A DNA stretch of 64,000 nucleotides from Cyanophora paradoxa CCMP329 (Eukaryota > Plantae > Glaucophyta): contig QPMI01000520.1 of assembly GCA_004431415.1 (NCBI GenBank), positions 310,001 to 374,000 of the forward strand, in the 5' to 3' direction. Positions within the stretch are counted from its first letter, which is position 1. Each line of letters begins with the position of its first letter. Position numbers and translations under genes: made by a program. Shown in pieces: positions 49,341 to 59,266 of the stretch. The notes under the pieces were generated by a model that was not told the origin of the DNA, searched no databases, and saw only the letters and a program-made list of their open reading frames with translations.

Positions 49341-51436
49341 ACTTGGCGCCGGCCCCCGTCACTCGCAATTCTGATCATCCATATTCAGAATTTGTTCCCG
49401 CGGGTCGATTGTTTTTCCGTGCGATCGTGTAAACGACAATACGCACTGGCATGTCCTGCCGTCATGCTTGATGATGAAGCGTCCTCGTGATGATGATCAG
49501 GACTCGCCGGCCGGCTGCAGCTGGCATTCCGGCTGGGTGCTGGACGGTGACCAAGCTCATGCCGTTTAACTTCGGGATGTGAATGATTATGATCCACTTC
49601 AAGGCTTAAGATTCGAAATCCGAGTCCCGGAGCCTCGGAGTCCACAATATATATATAGCCGCTGAGCAAAGCCGAGCTCCAAAACATCCCGGATCATGAG
49701 CAAGGGGGTCATGCATATGGCGGCGCGTCGACGTCGACGTCTCGGAGCCGAATATAACGTAAACGTACGCGTACGTATACTAGTAAACGCCCTCATTATC
49801 ATAGTATCATGATCATGATCAATCAGTAACCGTGGGCCAGGGGAAGAAATTATAATTGTAACATCCGCTGGCACACTCGAATCGAGTAGCGATCCGATGA
49901 TCATCGGATATCGATCGATATCATGATCAGCTGCAGAGTGCAAGACCGCCCGGCGAGCCGTGCCGCCGCCCTCCGCACCTCCGCCCCGCCCGACGATCGC
50001 GATCGCGAGCCGCGCCGCCGCCCGTCGTGCCTCCGGCGCCCTCCGCCCCACCGCCGCGCCCGTCGTGCCACCGCCCCGCCCCACCGCCGCCCGTCGTGCC
50101 TCCGCCCCGCCCGGCGAGCCGCGCCGCCGGCGCCGCGCCGGAGCCGCCCGTCGTGTCTCCCGGAAGCTTTAAAGTCTAGAGGGCCGCCCCACCGTGGCAC
50201 CGCCCGGGGCCGCCCGCGGCCGTCGGCGCCGGGGGCGGGCCCCGCCAATGTATGCTAGCTACGTATACTACGTCTTCGACTCGCGCTCGCCCCCCGCTCG
50301 TCTAAGGATGTGCAAGGTGGGGTTTAAATGCACCAAGACCGTCGGACGTCGACAGCATCTGCAGCTGCACTGCGGCATCTACATCTGCCAGGCTGCAGCC
50401 AACGCTCGCAAAAGCAGCGCGAAATGGAAATTAAAGGCCGCAGAGAACATATTAAAAATTTTGAAGCTCTGCGCGCTGCGCCGCCGCCGGCCGCCCGCAG
50501 CGCCTAAGCACAGCCTGGCGAGCCGCGCCGCTGCCATCCGCGCCTCTACCCGCCGGGCGAGCCGCGCCGCCGCCCGCCACGCCTTTGCAGGCCGCCCCGC
50601 CTGGCCCCAGAGCTGAGCCGCCGCGCGCCGCGCCTCCGGCTTGCCCGGCGAGCCGCTGAGCCGCACCGCCGCCCGCCGCGCCTCCGCCCCGCCCGTCGAG
50701 CCGCGCCGCCGCCCGCCGCCCGCGGCCGCCGCGCCTCCGCCCCGCGCGGTCGTTGTTGCCGGCTGTAGAGCGCCATCTAGATCGCATGGCGTCCACCGCG
50801 CGTGCCTCGCTGCCGGTCTAGCGGCTGCCGTAGCGGCAGCGGCTGCCGCCCGCTACGCGCTGTCGCGGGCGAAGGCGGGCTGCGTTGTGGCCGCGCTTGC
50901 CGCTGTCGGCCGCATTGTGGCGCGCATGGCTAACCTTGAGAGCAAGCGCATGCATGTGCGTTTGCAATTGCGGGTGCCGGTTCGCCGCGACCGGCTCTCC
51001 TACCGCTAGTGTTAGCCATGGTCCTAGCACTCTGCAAGCTGGTCAGGCCATGCATATGGCATGTTCTGGGCCGCGCGCGCGCGCCGGCCCGCTAGCGCGC
51101 TCCGCGGCCGCCGGTCCGGTCCGGGCAGGACCGGGCTGTGGTTATGGGTACCTTAAAAAGACTTTCGGTGACGGAAAAAAGTCCGTCTTGCGAACTGGCC
51201 GGCTTAGACAGCGTGACAGACAATCCGACGTCGACGGCCCGGCGTCGGGGCCGGCGACGGGTAGCAAGTTACTAGCAACTACTAGCAAGGGGGTTTCAGC
51301 AGCTGACCGGTACCCCCCCTTGGATATAGCATGCGCATCAGCAGCGCATGACGTCCGACGGTCGACGGCGACCGTCGGACTCGACGCCGTACCGTCCGAC
51401 GGTCAGTGTCCCGGAGTCCGTCACGGCGTATACGTA

Positions 51437-51892
51437 CTGTAGAATGCAAAACTTATTATTATTCTGAAAGTCTGATTATTAGTACTGTATTAGTCTGAAA
51501 TATTTATTAGTCTGGGTTTTGGCATATCTTTATTACCTAGTAAATATTCATGACTTGCAAATTGCAATTGGCGCTGACTCAGTGATCGAGAGCTTTATTA
51601 GCGGCTTTCAAAGTTTTATTAGCTATAGCCTATAGGGGGTGCCCTCCGACCCCCGACCCCCCTCCGCGGGCCGCGCACTGTGCTCGCAGCTCTCGGCGGC
51701 ATGCTTAAGCTTCTAGATCTCCCGGATCCCGCGCGCGCTGCGCATGCGCTACTTACGGCGGCGCCGACGAGGCTGAAGTGACTACCCCCCCTTTCCGCAG
51801 CACCGCTTTATTACTCTAAAATCTTTATTAGAGCGGCCTCGAAACTTTAGTAATAAAAATATCCCCCATGATAACTATTTTGCATTCTACAG
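51437..51892. mobile_element. MITE with TA target-site duplication (Tc1/mariner-like), nested in the MULE-like element
   Basis: 15-bp perfect TIR CTGTAGAATGCAAAA / TTTTGCATTCTACAG, with TA on both sides and internal TTTATTA motifs. Confidence 0.8.
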
Positions 51893-52433
51893 TAGTACGC
51901 GTGCATGACGGTGCATCGATATCGATATCACGGTGCATGTGACGGTCCGACAGTCGGAGGGTCGTTGGTACGTATACCGGGTACGTTACCGGCGATCATG
52001 ATCAACTTACCGCCGGTCAGCTGGCCGCAGTACTGTAAACGTAGAAATGTTCGTCGAGACTTAATTTCGACAAAACCCGAAAATCGTGACGAAAATATGG
52101 TTCGACCGTCGGACAGCATCAAATTTTCGTCAGCCACGCGACTCCGCCATAGAAGGGTCAGCCGTTAGTACCCCTCTCCAAACAAAATTGCAGTTCAAGA
52201 GCATATCAAATATTCGTCAAAGTGCAGGACTGACGAATATAGACGAAATAAAACTAGTGGCCGTACTAGTACCCCGGTGCGCCCTGTCTGTCAACGTTAC
52301 AATATTAATTAGACCAACTTATCTTTGTTCATATATATGAACTGATAGCTATATAGCCGCTGAGCTAGCTATAGGTAATCGCGATCCGATGATCGAACGT
52401 ATCCGTAATGCATATGAACATTAAAATACAAAA

Positions 52434-52527
52434 CAAGATCCGTGCTCCTGCGGAGCACTAAGTACGGCGAAGCCTCGCGGACGCCCTCATGGCTGTCACA
52501 CTAGGCCTAGCGCACCGGCCAGCGGCC
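52434..52527 (-). mobile_element. Helitron-like 3' terminus, copy 1
   Basis: On the minus strand: perfect hairpin GTGCTCC-GCA-GGAGCAC, then GGAT-CTTG|T. Similarity with copy 2 stops at this end. Confidence 0.5.
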
Positions 52528-53904
52528 GGCCCGGCCGGCCCGGCGGGCCGATCGTGAACAGCGCTGGCCCGGGCCGGGAAGCTGGCGGCCAGCTGCAGCC
52601 CCACTTGTACTGGCCCGGCCAGCTAGAGGAATATGAAGGGGAGGGGTACCGGTTGGACTGGCTTTTAACTGGTGGAGCAGATTGAGAGCTCGAGGAGATT
52701 AATTGCAAGGGGGGGTCAGCTGCTCAAACCCCCCTTGCTACCCGTCGGATTGTCTGTCACGCTGTCCAAGTCGGCCAGTTCGCAAGTCGGTCTTTTTTCC
52801 GTCGGCGATAAGTCTTTTTGTGGTACCCCGCTGTGGATAAGGCCGGCGCCGCCGGACGTCTCTTTTTGCTGTATCCCGCGCAAGGCTCCTTGTCGGCGAG
52901 TTGTCGCCGCCGCTGCGGCGCCGACGACTTGCCGGCGTACTACTACGGTAGTTGCAATTGCCGCCCACGCAACCGCGATGTGCCAGCCTGCAGCTGCACT
53001 GCACTGCGGCAGCATGCACTGCTTGCAGAGCGCAGCTAAGCATAATCGCCGAGTCGCGCGCGCCGCGTCGCGCCGCGCGCGCGCGCTCCGCTCTGCCGGC
53101 GCGCGAGCCGCGCGCGCCACCGCCCTCGAGCTCCCCTGTCCGACGGTCCCGCGGCCGCGCCTGGCCCGCGCGGCCCTAGCTGGACTCAGTGGACATGTCG
53201 CCCTCCGCTGCGCATGCTCGGCTAACCCGGCCCAGGCGCGGCGAGCGGGAGTGCGCAGCGGCCGGCTGCGCGACGCGAGGCCGGCGCCATGCATATGACG
53301 GGCGGGGCGGTCGGGCAACGGTCGGCGCGGCTCGCCAAGCGGGACGGAGCCTCGGAGGCGCGACGCGCGCTCGGCAGCTCAGCTGCGCGGCAGGCGGCGG
53401 CGCGGCTCGGCAGGCGGGACGGGGGCGCGGTGGCGGCAGCGCGCCGCGGCGGCTCGGGGCGCGGGGGCCGCGCGGGGCGAAGGCGCGCGCGGCGAGCGGG
53501 GCGGCGGCGCAGCTCTCCGGGCACCGGCGCGCGGGCGGAGGTGCGGGCGGCGGTGCGGTCCGCCGGGCGGGGCGGAGGCACGGTGGGCGGCCGCGCGCAG
53601 GCCCAGGCCTAGCCGCCTACGCCTATAGCTAGCATTATACTTAGTTGTATAGATAGTCGCTGAGCATTCAAATGATTACTACCGTTGAAGTTACTTAGTT
53701 GTTGTATTCTGTCAGCGTCCCTACTTTAGACCCCACCTTGCACCTCCTGAGACGAGCGGGGGCGGGGGCGAGTCGAAGACCTAGTTATAAAATATTGTTG
53801 GGAGGGAGGCCCGGGAGGGGCGAGGTTCTCGTGGCCAGGCGCATGCACAGAGCTTGGGAATCGCTTAAACAGAACCTAGAATGCATATAGCATCGATGTG
53901 CAGG

Positions 53905-56900
53905 GGTGCGGAGGCAAGGGCACGCGGAAAGCTGTGCAGGCCTGGCCAGGATCGAATTTTAATTTCGGGGTCGGCTGGATTGCCACGCCCTGTCGCGCCC
54001 GCAGAGCTTGCGAAAAGCTTTCAAAAGATCTCTGATAAATATTGTAGCGTTTTCCATACATGAGGACGCGAGGGCGCGCGGAAAGCTGCACAGGGCTTCA
54101 AAACCCCATTTTTCGTCCGGAATCGCGAACGCAGTCTCCCCCCCTCGCCGAATTGTTCCCCCCTTCAGCTCTAGCCTCAGCGTTAAGGCACGGCGACGGC
54201 GACCTCCACGCCATCGCCTCTTGCTCTGGCAGCGAGCAGTATTGCCTAGCTAACATCGATCGGACGGGTCCTCGCTGCCCGAGACCGCCCGGCTCGCCCG
54301 CTCGCACAGGAATCTCACGCCAGCGAGCCTCAAGACAGCGGCGCATCCGTGGCGTCCAGCGACCTGCCGGCATGACCAGCACTCTTTCCGGACGTAGTAC
54401 AGGACTTTCGGGCCCGTCAAGCGCGACCGGCGGCACTGTGGCGCATCTCGGGCGCGGAAGCTAGGAGCGACTCTCGGATCTCTGGGCGCAGCTCGCCGGC
54501 AGGTGTCTTTCCTGGCTTCTCGATGCATATCTATCCTCTGTATGCGATGTGAGCCGCCCGCGCAGGGTCGTTGTGTTGGGACGGAGGGGTGCCTCCCGGC
54601 GGTCCTACACCTGCCCCACCAACGCGGCGCCGCTCATCCCGTATGTGTTCCAGGGCTCTATCATCCATGTGCGTACCTCTTCTAGCGGTCGTGGCTCGGT
54701 TCCGCTCACGGGAAGCGGTCGCGCGCCCCAGATCAGTTTGCCCCCATCGCGTTTCGGTTGCGCCTCGCTCTTCTCCGACGCCATGTGCCTCTAGCGGTGC
54801 GCCAACACTTTGCCATGCATGTTTACTATCCGCGTGCAAGCCCTGACCCGCCGCCGCGCAGCGGGTGGCGCGCCCGGCCTCGCCGCGCGAAGGGGGGGTG
54901 GTTCGCGGACCGCCGACCTGGAAACTGAGCCCCGCCGCCCGGAAGTGCGTTCTTCTCTTTCTATATGTTAGATATAAACTATGCGCGCTGCCCCCCGGCC
55001 CAGGCGCTGCGCTGCGCGTCCCTAACTCCGCACCACCAGTTAGAGACCTGCAGCCAGTTCACCACCACGGCGCCCACGGCATGTCTCGGTGCGCTTTTAC
55101 GGTATGAAACCACTTCATTGTCGACATAAGCTGGCTAAACTGCCGGGATGCAGCGAGCGCCGCCGGAATGGCCAAGATGACCGCCATGGCACCTCGGCTC
55201 CTTGCTTCCCTGGTGCGCTCGCCGGCCGCTTGTCGCTGTTTCTGGCTTTGCTGATCGATGCGCATGTAGGCCGCGCGCTGTCGGTGGCGGCGGGGGTCCG
55301 CCGCTGGCGCAGTGGCTCACACCTGCTCGAGCGCCACCGGGCAAATGCAACCAAAACGAGCCCGGCCTCTGTCGTAGACGAGCACAATGTTAGCCTCGCA
55401 TCATTATAAGAGATCGTTCGATTCGTGTTGTGCAACCTCGATCATGCTAGTCTGAGGCGCTGCGTGCGGGATCGAATCGAACGAAGTCTAGCAACAACGT
55501 GAGCAAGCGAAAGCTGCCGAGAGAGCCGCCGTTGCTGCAGCCGAATGTTGCATTTGCGTTTGTATGGGCGGCTACACGTACCCCCCCTTCGTTCGCCGGA
55601 CGATTTTGGGCTTTTTGAAGCCCTGTGCTGTGCAGGACCGTCCAGGATCGAATCTTCGAGGTCGGCTGGGTTCTCGCGGCCCGGCACATCTGTAAAGCGT
55701 GCGGAACGCTTGATCTACATCTTAGATGCTTATGCTATTGTTCTGCGCATCCGCCGCGGCGTGGGCGCGCGGAAAGATGTCCGGGTCCGTGCAGGATCGA
55801 ATTTTTGCCGTCGGCTGGGTTCTCGTGCTCTTTCGCGTCTTCGAAGCTTGTGGAAGGCTTTGATAAACTCTCAAATGAATACTGTAGCGATGCGCATGCG
55901 CAAGGATGCGAGGGGGCGCGGAAAGATGTTCAGGTTTCTAGCTATAGAGGATCGAATTTTCGGGGTCGGCTGGGTCCCCGCGGCCCGGCGCACGTGCAAA
56001 GCGTGCGGGGTGCTTCTTCTACATCTCAAATGCTTATGCTATCGTTCCGCGCATGCGCCGCGGCGTCGGCGCGCGGAAAGATGTCCGGGCCCGTGCAGGA
56101 TCGAATTTTCGCCGTCGGGTACCTTCCTGCGCTATTCCGGCTCCGAAAAGCGGATATTTGGATTGCGCAGGATCTGCTATGTCTATGCGCGCCAGTACGC
56201 ATCGATTGCGCGCGTCGCGGGACCGGCCGGAACCGGCCGGATCAAATTTTCGGCCTAGGCCTACTGTTCGGACTGCAGCGTCGAGGGCGCCCGAAATCGA
56301 GCTTGCGGCGATGCGCTCGCCCTCGCGCGTCATTCTGTATCGTTCTGGGGCGTCCCTGGCGCGATTCCGTCGCGGGACCGGGCGGGACCGGGTCGACGTC
56401 CCACCTTCTGATTCGGACTGCGTTTGTCGGAGGTTATAATTAAGTACCGGAATTGATCCAGAGGGAAATTCGATTTTCGCGCGACGCCCACGGGAGAGCG
56501 GTCGTCTTAGGGGAGCCAGGACGCTAAGAATGGATCTAGAGAGGTTTGTGGGGGTTCGGGGAGCTGTGTGATTTGTGTGTGATGGGGGAAGCGTCACGTC
56601 CGTGTCGAGGAAAAATTATTAATTTTTCACGAGGAGGCTGCACAGGGAGAGGATTTGCATTAGCACACAACAACAACTACTAGGAGTTTCACATCGCCCA
56701 ATTTATCTCTCCGACTAGATAACACTGAGGACCGTCGAGTGCTGTGCTCTGTCTAAGTGATGAGAAATTCTATCTACGTCCTATATCTACAAATGGGGCG
56801 AGAGGCCGAAAGATACACCTGCAGAAAAAGCCCAGCGCCCTACGCAGACCGATGAAGGCAAACAGAGCGCGCAAACACCCTCCAGACATGGAAGTCCGCC

Positions 56901-58158
56901 CTAGGGAAGACCCACGTATAGCGGAGGGCAAGAAAGGCACTACGCCTGACAAGCAAAGGTCGACGGAAAGACCTGAGCTTCCCTGCATGTGGAAAAGACC
57001 CGCCATCTAGCGACTCGACTGCGAGGAGATGAGGAGCGGAACGAAATGAGAAAGCGCCGATGAGCTCCAGCGCCAAGCAAGGGAGCGGGGCCGGGCGCCG
57101 TCCGCGTGTTGACGGAACACGTCGCCGCGCCAGTGTGCCACGCCAAGGCTGCCGCGCGTTCACTAACGCTGCGGCGCGTGGCGGCGTGGGCTTTGCGCGA
57201 AAGCCGGCCGACTTTGCGGCCAGCCGACGTCGCCGCGGCCGCTCCCGCGGCGCTCCTCGCCGCGCCGGAGACAACATAGAAGCAATCCCCTAACGCGCGC
57301 GCTCCTGAATCTCCTACGGAATGGCCGGCAACGAGGCCCGCCGCCGAGAACGCCAACTCGACACCCATTTCGCGCCGCCGCTCGGCGCGCCAGCCGCCTA
57401 CCTCACGCTGGTCACGCTGAGCGACAGCGGCGGCGCCATGGACGGGCCGCAGCCAGCCGCGCGCCGACGCGGTGGGAAATTTTCTCGTACCCGTCTCCCG
57501 GAGGCTGCACAGGGAAATTATTTACAGGGGAGATGAAAAGTTTCGGGTTCGAATCCGACCGGAATTTGGCTCGTTGTTGACCGGGTTTGAGACAAGATCC
57601 GTGCTCCTGCGGAGCACTAAGTACGGCGAAGCCTCGCGGACGCCCTCGCGGCTGTCACAGTAGGCCTATAGGGCACTGGCCAGCGGCCTGGCCGGCTACC
57701 GTATATATAGCTGGGCCACCGGGCTGGCTCGTACGCCAGAGCCTCGGACGGCGTTCGAGAGCTGGCCCGGCTCCGGACCCCCCACGCCGGTGCCACGGTG
57801 CCCCGCTCGCACAGCTCTAGAGTAGGTTGAGCGCACTGGGCCAGTTCAGGTGGCGCAAGGGAGCGAGACAGTTGAGGAGCGAGTCCAGCCTAGCGAGTAC
57901 ACACGTAATATTTATTCGAGTTGATTGAACAAGAAGTTTCAATCTGCGCGATAGTAGCTACGCGCATGCGCGAGAATGCGAGGGCGCGCGGAAAGATGTT
58001 CAGGTCCGGACAGGATCGAATTTTCGGGGTTGGCTGGGTCCCCGCGGCCCGGCGCATTTAGAGACCGTGCGGAAGTCGTCTTCTACATCTTAAATGCTTA
58101 TGCTATCGTTCCGCGCATGCGCCGCAGCGTGGGCGCGCGGAAAGATGTCCGGGCCCGT
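53905..58158 (+). repeat. ~150-bp degenerate repeat family (GCGCGGAAAGATGT...AGGATCGAATTTT core), tandem at 55625-56120 and 57970-58158, diverged copies at 53905-54100
   Basis: The core GCGCGGAAAG recurs at about 55767, 55917, 56070, 57985 and 58135. Alternating A/B subunits give a ~300-bp higher-order period. Confidence 0.8.
57593..57688 (-). mobile_element. Helitron-like 3' terminus, copy 2
   Basis: About 55 bp identical to the 52434 copy, with the same hairpin and CTTG|T end. Confidence 0.5.
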
Positions 58159-58441
58159 TGTCGCATCCGACATTATAGCGGATGCTCGTTTGTGAGCCGC
58201 TAGGGTTCTAGATGATGTGCGCAGCCTTCGTGCTGCTAGATCGACGGCGCCTAGGCTAGTTAGAGCGCCGCGGTCACTTGTATGCGTGTGTCGGGGTACG
58301 CCGTAGCTGGACGGGTACACCCTCAGTCTACCATCCCGGTGGCTAACAGCAGCAGCACTCGCCAAACCCCGCCCTGCCGAGCTTGCACTCCGCACGGGCT
58401 TCCCGCGCGCACGATTAGACATACTAATCTCGCACGCGACA
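58159..58441 (+). repeat. 5' LTR (283 bp)
   Basis: Begins TGTCGC and ends GCGACA (6-bp inverted termini). Flanking repeat similarity breaks at 58159 and a PBS abuts 58441. The second LTR is not in the window. Confidence 0.75.
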
Positions 58442-58459
58442 GGCGCCACTGCCGGGAAT
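58442..58459 (+). promoter_or_regulatory. Primer-binding site, tRNA-Asp-like
   Basis: GGCGCCACTGCCGGGAAT directly after the LTR resembles the Athila-type tRNA-Asp PBS TGGCGCCGTTGCCGGGGA (recalled). Confidence 0.65.
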
Positions 58460-58520
58460 TTGATCGAGCTTGAGCTCTCTTTTACAACGCGCCCCCGGCC
58501 TCTTCCCCCTCCGTTCCGAA

Positions 58521-58593
58521 ATCCCGTCCGCGGGATCCGAACCGGGGATCTTGGCTCGTAGAGCAACAGCTCTACCAACTGAGCCAAGAGGGC
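58521..58593 (-). ncRNA. tRNA-like sequence (degenerate, anticodon unassignable), copy 1
   Basis: GCCCTCT-TGGCTCAGTTGGTAGAGC...GGTTCGGATCC...GGACGGGA: intact D-arm/A-box, B-box with G at position 58, mismatched stems. Confidence 0.6.
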
Positions 58594-58706
58594 CGTTCCG
58601 ATGTGAGACTCGCGTCTCGGCGCCTGGTGCGCCACTGCCGGGAATTTGATCGAGCTTGAGCTCTCTTTTACAACGCGCCCCCGGCCTCTTCCCCCTCCGT
58701 TCCGAA

Positions 58707-58779
58707 ATCCCGTCCGCGGGATCCGAACCGGGGATCTTGGCTCGTAGAGCAACAGCTCTACCAACTGAGCCAAGAGGGC
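58707..58779 (-). ncRNA. tRNA-like sequence (degenerate), copy 2
   Basis: Identical to copy 1. Confidence 0.6.
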
Positions 58780-59266
58780 CGTTCCGATGGAGCGCCATTC
58801 TGCCGGAATCGAACCTTCAAGGGTCGCTGGACTTCCAGGCTCTGCCCGCGCCGCGCGCCTCGCCGCGCCGCCTCGCATAAGCTTAAAGAGATCTGGGACG
58901 AGCTTTCCGGGCGACCGCCACTTGTGGCGTGCTACGCTGCACACTTCGGCCGCGTCGCCTCTGGGCGGGCTGATTGTGCTTCGGAAGTGACTCTAGTGTC
59001 CCTCGCGGGCTTCGGTGCATCCCCAGACCGAAGCGCACGCACGAGCTCTCGCGAGAGTCTCAATCATTGTCTGTGTCCCTTCGCCGGTTGCACGCTTCGC
59101 GTCGCACACTGTGCCCCGGAGTCTGCCAGCGGCAGTTCTCTGAGTGTCCCTGAGTCGGTTCTCGCACGCCACGAGAAGACCGTGTCCCGGATCTGCAGTG
59201 CGCTGCAGATCAAATCTTGTGCCCTGGCATTCTGTTCTCGTGGCTATACGCTGCAAAGAGAGCAAT

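Larger units (their letters stand above)
51145..52829. mobile_element. Non-autonomous Mutator-like (MULE) element with long TIRs
   Basis: Long imperfect TIRs (GGGTACC..AAAAAGACTT...GACAGCGTGACAGACAATCCGACG...; ~51145-51322 and ~52705-52829). Flanked by a 10-bp direct repeat GCTGTGGTTA (51135-51144) / GCTGTGGATA (52830-52839). Confidence 0.8.
49945..53590. repeat. GC-rich modular repeats in inverted orientation (foldback-like element) surrounding the MITE nest
   Basis: The unit ~CCGTCGTGCCTCCGCCCCGCCCGGCGAGCCGCGCCGCCG is tandemly repeated at 49945-50160 and 50510-50745. Its reverse complement occurs at ~53300-53590. Confidence 0.5.
58443..58789 (+). repeat. Two identical 161-bp direct repeats (58443-58603, 58629-58789; period 186) with a 25-nt hairpin spacer
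   Basis: Read directly. The spacer contains GAGAC-TCGC-GTCTC. Confidence 0.95.

Noticed and set aside
52229-52260. Hammerhead ribozyme core CTGACGA...GAAA
   Set aside because: Stem II cannot pair and no stems I/III are evident. The motif is part of the GACGAA repeats of a MITE.
54130-55450. Possible decayed gene or transposase exons
   Set aside because: Some splice-like signals exist, but there is no continuous frame or recognisable motif.
57545-57556. Perfect B-box GGTTCGAATCC suggesting a tRNA gene
   Set aside because: No A-box or cloverleaf is found upstream.
58521-58593. Functional amber-suppressor (CTA) tRNA
   Set aside because: The CTA register gives a poorly paired anticodon stem, the T and acceptor stems are mismatched, and other registers (TAC, ACG) fit as well.
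58443-58789. CRISPR-like repeat-spacer-repeat arrangement
   Set aside because: The repeats are 161 bp with only two copies, the context is a eukaryotic LTR leader, and there are no cas genes.
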